A stretch of DNA of 64,000 nucleotides. Origin: Dictyostelium discoideum. Lineage: Eukaryota. A model generated the notes under the pieces. The model ran no database searches and was not told the origin of the DNA. It was given only the letters and a program-made list of their open reading frames with translations. Position numbers and translations under genes: made by a program. The stretch lies in NCBI GenBank assembly GCA_000004695.1, contig CM000150.2, forward strand, positions 2,912,001 to 2,976,000, in the 5' to 3' direction. Below are positions 44,743 through 55,349 of the stretch, one piece after another. Within the stretch, counting starts at the first letter, position 1; each line of letters begins with the position of its first letter.

Positions 44743-45453
44743 ATGTCATCAAATAATAGATCAAATTTAGAAGCAGTTATTAAAGGTATTCAAACCAATA
44801 AAATATTAGAAGTATTTGATAAATATTATCATGATGAAGTTGTAATGTACGAAAATGGTGATTCAACTAATCGTGTTGGTAAATCTGCAAATCGTAAAGC
44901 TGAAGAATCTTTTGTAAATAATGCAACTATCCATGAAGCAAAATTATTAAAAACAATCGTAGATGGTGATAATACAGCATATGAAATGTATATGGATTTC
45001 ACATATGGTGAACATCGTATTAAAAAGAATCAATGGGCATTCCAACAATGGTCAAATGGTTTAATTATTAAAGAGGAGTTTGTTGAAATTAAAACACCAA
45101 CACCAGAACCATCAACTAATATCAAATCAAATTTAGAATCAATTATTAAAGGTATTCAAGATAATAAAATATTAGAAGTATTTGATAAATTCTATCATCA
45201 AGATGTAATTATGTATGAAAAAGGTGATTCGACTAATCGTGTTGGTAAAGCTGCAAATCGTAAAGCTGAAGAATCCTTTGTTAATAATGCAACAATTCAT
45301 GAAGCAAAATTATTAAAATTACTCGTTGATGGTAATAATACAGCATATGAAATGTATATGGATTTCACATATGGCGAACATCGTATCAAAAAGAATCAAT
45401 GGGCCGTTCAACAATGGTCAAATGATTTAGTTATCAAAGAAGAATTTTATTAA
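44743..45453 (+). CDS. SnoaL/NTF2-like duplicated-domain protein, array copy 2
   Basis: 236 aa and more than 93% identical to copies 3-5. It has the same upstream promoter block, ending in 'ctataaaatgtaaaa' about 80-100 bp 5' of the ATG. Confidence 0.55.
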   Translation: MSSNNRSNLEAVIKGIQTNKILEVFDKYYHDEVVMYENGDSTNRVGKSANRKAEESFVNNATIHEAKLLKTIVDGDNTAYEMYMDFTYGEHRIKKNQWAFQQWSNGLIIKEEFVEIKTPTPEPSTNIKSNLESIIKGIQDNKILEVFDKFYHQDVIMYEKGDSTNRVGKAANRKAEESFVNNATIHEAKLLKLLVDGNNTAYEMYMDFTYGEHRIKKNQWAVQQWSNDLVIKEEFY

Positions 45454-46177
45454 ATAAACTTTTTATTTTTTAAAAATGTACAATAAATTTTAAATAAAAC
45501 AAAGAATTTACATATTTTTTAATCTATTAATTTTTTTTTTATTTATTTAATAATTCATTTTTTGTTGATAATATATAGAGTGTATTTTTTTTTTTTTTTT
45601 CCAGATTTTTAATCATTTTCCAATATTAAATTTCACAAAATCTTTAAAAATAATTTTAAAAAATTTCATCTTCTTCAAATTTTGCATTAAAAATTTCTTA
45701 TTTTCATTTATTTATTTATTGTTTTTTAAAGATACACTTTTCTTAAAAATAAAAAAACCCACAAAAATGAATGGTAAGAAATTAAATTCTAAAACAGAAT
45801 AACATTCATTTTTTATATTTTATTTCATTTTATGTATTTTTGAGTGCTCTATTTTTATTTCTACCAAATTCATATCAAAAAAAAAAAAAATTTGATACTT
45901 CTTTTAAAATAAAAAAAAAAAAAGATAGTATTTTGTTTGTCCCATAAAATTTTGAAAATTTTTTTTTTTGTTCTGGTGTTTTAAAATTTTTCTTTTTTTT
46001 TTTTCAGATTAAAATTTATTAACAAGAATACCAAACTCAAGAATACTTGAGAATGATAGCGAGTTGTTTTACATAATGATAAAAACTATAAAATGTAAAA
46101 TAATAAAAAAAAATAATCATTCATTAAAAAATAATCAACAAAAATAAATATAAAATTTAAATATAAAAACAAATATA

Positions 46178-46222
<45 letters not shown>

Positions 46223-46223
46223 A

Positions 46224-46937
46224 ATGTCATCAAATAATAAATTAATTTTAGAAGCAGTTATTAAAGGTATTCAAACCAATAAAATATTAGAAGTATTTGA
46301 TAAATATTATCATGATGAAATTGTAATGTATGAAAATGGTGATTCAACTAATCGTGTGGGTAAATCTGCAAATCGTAAAGCTGAAGAATCTTTTGTAAAT
46401 AATGCAACAATCCATGAAGCAAAATTATTAAAAACAATCATTGATGGTGATAATACAGCATACGAAATGTATATGGATTTCACATATGGCGAACATCGTA
46501 TCAAAAAGAATCAATGGGCATTCCAACAATGGTCAAATGGTTTAATTATTAAAGAAGAATTCGTTGAAATTAAAACACCACCAACACCAGAACCATCAAC
46601 TAACATCAAATCAAATTTAGAATCAATTATTAAAGGTATTCAAGATAATAAAATATTAGAAGTATTCGATAAATTTTACCATCAAGATGTAATTATGTAT
46701 GAAAAAGGTGATTCGACTAATCGTGTTGGTAAATCTGCAAATCGTAAAGCTGAAGAATCCTTTGTTAATAATGCAATAATTCATGAAGCAAAATTATTAA
46801 AATTACTCGTTGATGGTAATAATACAGCATATGAAATGTATATGGATTTCACATATGGCGAACATCGTATCAAAAAGAATCAATGGGCCGTTCAACAATG
46901 GTCAAATGATTTAGTTATCAAAGAAGAATTTTATTAA
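46224..46937 (+). CDS. SnoaL/NTF2-like duplicated-domain protein, array copy 3
   Basis: 237 aa and near-identical to copies 2, 4 and 5. Confidence 0.55.
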   Translation: MSSNNKLILEAVIKGIQTNKILEVFDKYYHDEIVMYENGDSTNRVGKSANRKAEESFVNNATIHEAKLLKTIIDGDNTAYEMYMDFTYGEHRIKKNQWAFQQWSNGLIIKEEFVEIKTPPTPEPSTNIKSNLESIIKGIQDNKILEVFDKFYHQDVIMYEKGDSTNRVGKSANRKAEESFVNNAIIHEAKLLKLLVDGNNTAYEMYMDFTYGEHRIKKNQWAVQQWSNDLVIKEEFY

Positions 46938-47477
46938 ATAAAATTTCTCTTTTTTAAAAATGTACAATAAATTTTAAATAAAACAAAGAATATACATATT
47001 TTTTAATCTATTAATTGGTTTTTTATTTTATTTCTGATATTTTTTTAATTTTAATTTTTATTTTTTTTAGATTTTTAATCATTTTCTAAAATAATATTTC
47101 ATCTTTATAAAAATTAATCTGAACTTCTCCAAATTTTATTACTGCACAATAAATTTCTTATTTTCATTTATTTATTTTTTTGTTTTTATAAAAAAAAGAT
47201 AAATGAGTAAAATAATTTAAATAATTAAATTAAATAAATGAATTAAATAAATTTTTTTTTTTTTTTTTTCATAATTTTAATTTTCAAATCAAAAAATAAA
47301 AAGGTAAATTTATTAAGTCTTGAATAATTTTATATGTTTTTTTTTTAAAATTATATTTATTCAAACACTCAAATTTTACATTAAAAAAAACAAATAAAAA
47401 ATATCCAATTTAATAAATTTTTATTACATTTAAAAATAAAAAATAAATTGTAATATAATTAAATTTTAAAACTAAAA

Positions 47478-47512
<35 letters not shown>

Positions 47513-47763
47513 TGAAAATGTTTTTTTTAATTTCCATCCCATAAATTTTTTTTAAAAAAACTTGTTTTGTTCTGGTGTTTTCATTTTTTTTTTTTTTCTG
47601 AATAAAATTTATTAATAGGCCCAGAATACTTGAGAATGGTAGTAAGTTATTTAAGATAACAATAAAAACTATAAAATGTAAAAAAAAAAAAAAATAATAA
47701 TCATTCATTAAAATAAAATCAACGATAATCAAAAATAAATAAATAAATAAATTAATAAATAAA

Positions 47764-48474
47764 ATGTCATCAAATAACAAATTAAATTTAGAAGCAGTTA
47801 TTAAAGGTATTCAAACCAATAAAATATTAGAAGTATTTGATAAATATTATCATGATGAAGTTGTAATGTACGAAAATGGTGATTCAACTAATCGTGTTGG
47901 TAAATCTGCAAATCGTAAAGCTGAAGAATCCTTTGTAAATAATGCAACAATTCATGAAGCAAAATTATTAAAAACAATCGTAGATGGTGATAATACAGCA
48001 TATGAAATGTATATGGATTTCACATATGGCGAACATCGTATTAAAAAGAGTCAATGGGCATTCCAACAATGGTCAAATGGTTTAATTATTAAAGAGGAGT
48101 TTGTTGAAATTAAAACACCAACACCAGAACCATCAACTAACATCAAATCAAATTTAGAATCAATTATTAAAGGTATTCAAGATAATAAAATATTAGAAGT
48201 ATTTGATAAATATTACCATCAAGATATAATTATGTATGAAAAAGGTGATTCGACTAATCGTGTTGGTAAATCTGCAAATCGTAAAGCTGAAGAATCTTTT
48301 GTTAATAATGCAACAATTCATGAAGCAAAACTATTAAAAGTACTTGTAGATGGTAATAATACAGCATATGAAATGTATATGGATTTCACATATGGCGAAC
48401 ATCGTATCAAAAAGAATCAATGGGCCGTTCAACAATGGTCAAATGATTTAGTTATCAAAGAAGAATTTTATTAA
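47764..48474 (+). CDS. SnoaL/NTF2-like duplicated-domain protein, array copy 4
   Basis: 236 aa and near-identical to copies 2, 3 and 5. Confidence 0.55.
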   Translation: MSSNNKLNLEAVIKGIQTNKILEVFDKYYHDEVVMYENGDSTNRVGKSANRKAEESFVNNATIHEAKLLKTIVDGDNTAYEMYMDFTYGEHRIKKSQWAFQQWSNGLIIKEEFVEIKTPTPEPSTNIKSNLESIIKGIQDNKILEVFDKYYHQDIIMYEKGDSTNRVGKSANRKAEESFVNNATIHEAKLLKVLVDGNNTAYEMYMDFTYGEHRIKKNQWAVQQWSNDLVIKEEFY

Positions 48475-49357
48475 ATAAAATTTTTATTTTTTAAAAATGT
48501 ACAATAAAATTTAAATAAAAGAATTTTACATACTTGTTTATCTATTAATTTTTTTTTAAAACTATGTTGTATTTTTTTATTTATTTAAATATTCATTTTT
48601 TGTTGATAACATATAGAGTGTATTTTTTTTTTAAAGATTTTTAATCATTTTCCAATATTAAATTTCATATTGATAAAATTGTTCTGAACTTCTTCAAAAT
48701 TTCAATTATATATTTCTTATTTTATTTTATTGTTTTTTAAAAAAAAGATAAATGAGAGGGCAGAATAAAATAATTAAAAAGTTATTACCTTTTTAATTTT
48801 AGAACCAAAAAAAAAAAATCTTTATTTTTTTATTTTTTTTTTTTTTTTTACATAAAAAAAAAAAATATCAATTTAATCAAATAAAATTTTTTTTTCCTTG
48901 CTCGTTGTTTTTAAAAATAAAAAAAAAATTACAAAAATGATTAAATACTAAAACAGAAAAATATTCATTTATTGTTATAATTTATTTCATTTTGTGTATT
49001 TTTTGAGTGCTCTATTTTTATCAAAAACACCTCCAAAAAAAAAAAAATATTTTTCGTGTCCCATAAAATTTTTTTAAAATTTTTTTTTGTTCTGGTGTTT
49101 TAATATTTTTCTTTTTTTTTTTTCGGATTAAAATTTATTAACAAGAATACCAAACCCAAGAATACTTGAGAATGATAGCGAGTTGTTTTACATAATGATA
49201 AAAACTATAAAATGTAAAATAAAAAATAAAAATAATCATTCATTAAAAAAATATCAACAATAACCAAAAATAAATATAAAATTCTTTCTTTTTTTTTAAA
49301 AACAAATAAATTAAAAATAAAAAAATAAAAAAACAAATAAATAAATTAATAAATAAA

Positions 49358-50071
49358 ATGTCATCAAATAATAAATTAAATTTAGAAGCAGTTATTAAAG
49401 GTATTCAAACCAATAAAATATTAGAAGTATTTGATAAATATTATCATGATGAAGTTGTAATGTACGAAAATGGTGATTCAACTAATCGTGTTGGTAAATC
49501 TGCAAATCGTAAAGCTGAAGAATCTTTTGTAAATAATGCAACAATCCATGAAGCAAAATTATTAAAAACAATCGTAGATGGTGATAATACAGCATACGAA
49601 ATGTATATGGATTTCACATATGGCGAACATCGTATCAAAAAGAATCAATGGGCATTCCAACAATGGTCAAATGGTTTAATTATTAAAGAAGAATTCGTTG
49701 AAATTAAAACACCACCAACACCAGAACCATCAACTAACATCAAATCAAATTTAGAATCAATTATTAAAGGTATTCAAGATAATAAAATATTAGAAGTATT
49801 TGATAAATTCTATCATCAAGATGTAATTATGTATGAAAAAGGTGATTCGACTAATCGTGTTGGTAAATCTGCAAATCGTAAAGCTGAAGAATCTTTTGTT
49901 AATAATGCAACTATTCATGAAGCAAAACTATTAAAAGTACTTGTAGATGGTAATAATACAGCATATGAAATGTATATGGATTTCACATATGGCGAACATC
50001 GTATCAAAAAGAATCAATGGGCCGTTCAACAATGGTCAAATGATTTAGTTATCAAAGAAGAATTTTATTAA
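49358..50071 (+). CDS. SnoaL/NTF2-like duplicated-domain protein, array copy 5
   Basis: 237 aa and near-identical to copies 2-4. Confidence 0.55.
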   Translation: MSSNNKLNLEAVIKGIQTNKILEVFDKYYHDEVVMYENGDSTNRVGKSANRKAEESFVNNATIHEAKLLKTIVDGDNTAYEMYMDFTYGEHRIKKNQWAFQQWSNGLIIKEEFVEIKTPPTPEPSTNIKSNLESIIKGIQDNKILEVFDKFYHQDVIMYEKGDSTNRVGKSANRKAEESFVNNATIHEAKLLKVLVDGNNTAYEMYMDFTYGEHRIKKNQWAVQQWSNDLVIKEEFY

Positions 50072-50330
50072 ATACAATAAAATTTTTATTTTTTAAAAAT
50101 GTACAATAAAATTTAAATTTAACTTTTTTTTTTTTAAATATTGATTAATCATAGTTTATCCATTTGAGGAAATAAGCAATATTTAATAGTTTTATTTATG
50201 AATTTTAATTTTAAAAAGAAATTTAACACACATATTTTTTTTTTTTTTTGTTTTTATTTTTAAAAATTGGTCAGTGTTAGGCAATATTTAATATGGTTTA
50301 TATTAATCAAAGATCAGATGCAGACCGGAA

Positions 50331-50332
50331 CT

Positions 50333-50345
<13 letters not shown>
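50331..50345. repeat. Target-site duplication, left copy: cagaccggaactgtt
   Basis: Identical 15-mer at 55038-55052. It directly abuts the element's poly(A) tail. Confidence 0.8.
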
Positions 50346-50374
<29 letters not shown>

Positions 50375-50492
50375 TAAAAGCGGTGTATTGTTATATTTTA
50401 TTACATTTTTAAATTTTTAGATTTTTAAATTTTTAAATTTTTATATTGTTATATGTTGATATTTTTGGTTATATTATGATTACTACTACTTG

Positions 50493-50519
<27 letters not shown>

Positions 50520-50523
<4 letters not shown>

Positions 50524-53500
50524 TCTAATGGAATTGGGTTTGGAGTGTTCGGGTTATGCCATGATGTGTTGAAGTTGATTATTAATTGGTCTCTGTTATT
50601 TAATTTGTATATTGTTTCATTCCTTTCGATCTTCTTTATTAAAATGAATTTCTCTATTTTAATTAAGTTGGTTAGTTCTTTTTCAATTAATGTTGGATCA
50701 AATGAGGGTGGAGATTTAGATTCGTCTTGATTGAATAGTTTGTGACAAATTATTCTCCATAGTTGATGTATAATTATGCCGATTAAATTTGGGTAGATTC
50801 TTTCTTTTTTATTTGTTTTGCTAATATCTAGTGAATTGAGATCCCAATTTCTGATCTTGAAGAATGAGAGATTGTTGAATGTTGAAATTATTATGTTTTC
50901 TATTTCTTTTACTTGCATACAGTCTATAAAAAGGTGAGTGTATGGGTCACGGATTATATTGTTACAGATTTTGCATGGTACGTTACGTTCATAGTTGATT
51001 CCAGGAAGTGACCTTGAGAAAAATCTGAATAGTGTATTTCTACCTTTTTGATGTGATATGTGGTTGATATGTTGGAAGATGGATGGTATGTTGATGTTAT
51101 TTATTGAAATTAGATTTTTTTGTCCATCTGTTTTTCTTATTGATTTGTATTTGTGAGTGATTAACATGTTATAGATTTCTTTAAGTTGAAGTGGCTTTTT
51201 GTTTTGACCTTTGATACAATCAGGTAGTGATTTTAGTTTATTGTGTTGTGGTGAAAAGTTGTTTCTAAAATCTTTCCATCTGTCTACCATCTCTCTTAAT
51301 CCAATTGATATATATTTGCTGTTGCTGATTTGTTCCATATACCATTCTTGTAGTATGTTGCATGCTTTTATCTTGATAATGTGTAATAATCTATTCATGT
51401 TCCAAACTTTGAATGCTATTTGTCTGATACCTAAGTCCCACATCTTAATTCCACCTTCTTTCCAATCACCATATGCTCTATCCATTGTCATTAATGTTCT
51501 ATATTTATGTTCTTCTGTGTATGTATTTTTAATTGCGGAGAAGAGGAACCATTTAATGATATTGTTTAGTTCAGTAATGTGTGATTCATTTAGTGAGTCT
51601 AGATATTGATGGTAGGATAATCTCGATAGCGCATATGTTTTGACAATTGTCATCTTTGCTCTTATTGTAGTTGCTTGACTTTTCCAATTGTTTAAGCTAT
51701 CTTTGATTGAGTTGATGATTGATGTGATTTTTGAATTGAGGCCCACTTTCGTGAAATTGAGACCCAAGTATCTTTCTGGAGCTTCACTAATCTTAAATGG
51801 GAGGTTTGGTGGTATATTACCAATGCATATCATAACAGTTTTCTCTTGATTAAGTTTTGAAGATGTACCTAGACAGTAGTTGTTGATTTTATCCAATACT
51901 AATTTTAATTCTTCTGCTGAGTTGTTGAAAGTTGACATATCATCTGCGAATGCTGTTAGCTTGATTCTTTTCTGGTCTGATCATTTAAATCCTTTAATTT
52001 CGTTTTCTTTAAGTATATCAATTAGTAGTGCTTCCATTACAAGTGCAAATATTGTTGGTGATAATGGATCTCCTTGTTTTGTGCCTCTGTTAACTGTAAT
52101 GTGTCCCACCAGGAAGTCATTTATCTTGATCTTATTCGTTGTTTCTTTTAATAGATTCATTATTAATTCTACTATCGTTTTTGGTATGCCAATGTGGCTC
52201 AATGTTCTTCTGATACTTTTGTGGCTAATTGAGTCGAAAGCTTTGTTGAAATCGAAGAATGTGATTAACGTAGTACTGTTTCTTGATTTGTTTGCTCTTT
52301 CGATTACCTCCTTCATTATTTGAATATTATCTTGGATGTAACGATTTGGAACAAACCCATTTTGAAATTTGTTTATTATTTTCTTTGTAACTGCAAGTAA
52401 ACGGTTGTTGATGATCTTACTTAATAGTTTGTAGTCCGTATTGAGTAGAGTAATTGGTCTTCTATTAGCTATTTGTAGTTCATCTCCTTTCTTGAATAGT
52501 GTTGTGATAAATCCTTCTTTGAATTTTGGATTGATTTCTTTTTGATTAGTTAATGTATCATTAAATACTTTTGCTAAGATTGTTGAAAGTGATGCAGAGT
52601 GGTTTCTATATAATGCAGCATTGATTCCATCTAGTCCTGGAGATTTGTGTGGATTAGAATTTTTAATTGCATTATTGACTTCTTTTGGTGTGATTGCACT
52701 ATCTAATGATAGTCTGGAAATGTATTGTTTGTCCACTATCCATTTATCCAATAGTTCCTTGTGTTTACTTTCATTATCTGGTTTTTCATCGTATTGTTCT
52801 TGATAGAATTCTAAGAAGCATTTGGCTATTTCAACTTTTTCTGATACAATTGTTCCATCTTTGTTTTTAATTTGGAATATGGATCTGTCCTTTTTCCTTT
52901 TCTTTAGTTTACTTGTTAGATATCTACTTGGAGTTTCTTGGTTTAAGTGAAGTTTCAATTTGGTTTCCCATTGTTTATTTGCTTCTTCTTCTTTCAATAA
53001 CTCTTCCATTTCGTCTTCTAGTTGCTTTCTTTGACCAGGGTATAAATCTTCTCTTTCAATTAATCTATGTAATCTACTCTTCTTTTTGTTTTTTTCCTTT
53101 TTTATCAAGTTCTGTTGCTTTTTGAGATGGTGCCTGATTGTATAATTCTTAAAGTGGATCCAGTCATCTAGTGTGTTGATGTATTGTTTGTTGTTTTCTA
53201 TGATTTGCGAGATTTCTTCATGAATTGTTGGATCAGCCAATGTTTCTTTGCATAATGTCCACGGGAGTTTTTCAATTTTGATGTTGTTGATGTTGATATC
53301 GTTTGCGCTATTGTTATTCATTTTTAAATCTATTGAAATAGGTGTGTGGTCAGATTTGTTGTAAATATCTTCATGCACCCTTAGCGGGTTTGAACCCACC
53401 ATTGTTGGTTTACAATAAATTCTGTCCAATCTGCTATTAGATCTTGAAAAAGTTGCGATATTGTTGTTTGCACCTATATCTTTCAGGTTGCTTTCTTCAA

Positions 53501-53972
53501 TTATACTTCTGATACCAATACCATAGTGTGAATTGTTGTTGTGGTCTGCATTAAAGTCACCTGCAATGATGTCATGTTTGATTTTTTGATCTTTAATGAG
53601 ATTCTTTGCTGCTATAATGAATGCATTTCTTCTAGGTATTGATGCTGGGGCATAAATTAAAAGGATGTTGATGTTGATATACGAATTGAACTTAACTGAT
53701 AATATTCTACCTTCTGTATCTTTGAAATTTACTGTTAGATAGCCAGTGCTTAAATTTCTATTCTCTATTGATACACCAGTGCCTTTACCGTTTCCATGAT
53801 CTATCCTTTCATAGTTGAACATTGATTTATAATGATTGAATGTTGAACCGTTTGTTTCTGTAAGTAATGTGATTTGGGGACCTATTCTCTTGATCGTTTC
53901 TTCAGCTTTTTTATTTGAGAGAGGGCTTGAACTACCTCTGCAATTCCATAATAAAATTTTTAATTTTTCCAT
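50520..53972 (-). pseudogene. TRE3 ORF2 (EN-RT) interrupted by a single in-frame TGA just upstream of the FADD motif
   Basis: Minus-strand reading gives ...KGFK-TGA-SDQKRIKLTAFADDMSTFN. The stop is at about 51978-51980 and the same frame continues on both sides. Confidence 0.6.
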
Positions 53973-54179
53973 CCTCTTGATAGGGTTGGGTTACCATTTG
54001 GTGGTTGACCACCACTTGGTTTTGTTTGTGTAGTAATATTGTTTGTTGTATTTGAGTTGTTTAATTTATTTGTGATGATTGTTTTGTTGTTGTTGTTGAG
54101 ATTTTTGTCGTTGTTATTATTGCTGTTGTTATTATTATTGTTGTTGTTGTTGGAGTTATTGGAGTTATTGGAGTTATTG

Positions 54180-54259
<80 letters not shown>

Positions 54260-54907
54260 TTGTATTATATTTGTATTATTGATAGCTTGATTGGTTGTTG
54301 TTTGTTTTTTGTTTTTCTTTTTAGCTTCCTCCCTATCTTCTCTACTAATAGATTCACAGAAGTATACTTTAATTTGATTGTTGTTGTTTTTATATGACTG
54401 AATTTGATTATTGATTATATTTGTATTTGTTGATTTGTTGAATAGTATTATTGCTGAATATCTGTGCACATCATTCATAATTTTAACGTTGCATTCATCA
54501 ACTTCCACTGCTTCTACTCCCATGTTTGTTTGTACATCTTCTTTTGTTATTGCTTTTGTTATATTTTTTGTGAAGGTATAGAAGTGGAGGTAGTGGTGAT
54601 TAGGAAAGTATGGGATGAATCTTTGAATTCTATATATTCCATCCTCATCCTTTATTTGAAATGTGCAAAATGAATCGTGTAGATGTTTCAAATTTTCTTT
54701 TAGAATTCTACCCAACACTGTTATACCTTTTGATTTTCTAATTATTGTTTTATCTTTGAGGAGTGTATTGTCAATGAATTTGAGAGTATTACTATTTAAT
54801 TCTGCTGTATTTGGGTAGTATAGTCTGATTTTATATGTTGAGTTATTTAGTAATTCTTCATTGAATACAAATTTGTTACTGATGAGATTGAAAAAGTTAT
54901 TGTTCAT
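53960..54907 (-). CDS. TRE3 ORF1 (Gag-like, nucleic-acid-binding)
   Basis: 315 aa, overlapping ORF2 by about 13 nt. It has a basic poly-N/basic C-terminus. Confidence 0.6.
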
Positions 54908-54938
54908 TTTTTTTTTTTTTTTTTTTTTTTATTTTTTT

Positions 54939-54982
<44 letters not shown>

Positions 54983-55037
54983 TATTTTATTACGTGATTG
55001 TTAATTATTTGTTGATAGTTTGTTGATTGATTGTGCT

Positions 55038-55052
55038 CAGACCGGAACTGTT
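55038..55052. repeat. Target-site duplication, right copy: cagaccggaactgtt
   Basis: Identical to 50331-50345. It lies about 20 bp downstream (minus sense) of the tRNA terminator. Confidence 0.8.
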
Positions 55053-55070
55053 GACATATGGTTCCTAAGT

Positions 55071-55076
55071 AAAAAA
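55071..55076 (-). terminator. Pol III terminator (T6 on the minus strand) immediately 3' of tRNA-Ser
   Basis: Plus-strand 'aaaaaa' at 55071-55076 is TTTTTT in the tRNA sense, 4 nt after the discriminator base. Confidence 0.7.
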
Positions 55077-55079
55077 GAT

Positions 55080-55161
55080 CGACATCGGCAGGGTTCGAAC
55101 CTGCGCCTCCTAGGAGATTTGATTTCAAGTCAAACGCGTTAGACCACTTCGCTACGATGTC
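55080..55161 (-). tRNA. tRNA-Ser (anticodon UGA), 82 nt with a long variable arm
   Basis: Minus strand: GACATCG-TA-GCG-AAGTGGTCTAA-CGC-G-TTTGA-CTTGAAA-TCAAA-TCTCCTAGGAGGC-GCAGG-TTCGAAC-CCTGC-CGATGTC-G. It has A and B boxes, a 7/7 acceptor stem, and an extra arm typical of Ser. Confidence 0.85.
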
Positions 55162-55349
55162 TTTTGATGATATTTTGAGTTGATAGCAAAAAAAATTAGT
55201 AAAATTTCAAAAATGTATTTGAACACTAAAAAAGGTTCAGAATTGAAAATTAAGATAAAAAAGAAAGAAAATATTAAATTCTGAAATGATTATAATTTTA
55301 AAATATTTCCTTTTATTGTTAAATCCATTATTATAATAATAAATGTTTA

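Larger units (their letters stand above)
50346..55037 (-). mobile_element. TRE3-type (tRNA-gene-targeted) non-LTR/poly(A) retrotransposon, nearly full length (about 4.7 kb)
   Basis: On the minus strand, ORF1 is 54907-53960. ORF2 is 53972-51981, with an APE-type endonuclease and the RT motif FFDFNKAFDSISH, and continues in the same frame at 51938-50520 (FADD box, C-terminal Cys motif CKICNNIIRDPYTHLFIDC). Its 3' end is a poly(A), seen as plus-strand T28 at 50346-50373. It is flanked by a perfect 15-bp direct repeat and sits just downstream of a tRNA gene. Confidence 0.8.

Noticed and set aside
51211-52323. Plus-strand ORFs (132 aa, 147 aa) inside the retrotransposon
   Set aside because: They are antisense to ORF2 of the TRE3-like element and have no conserved motifs.
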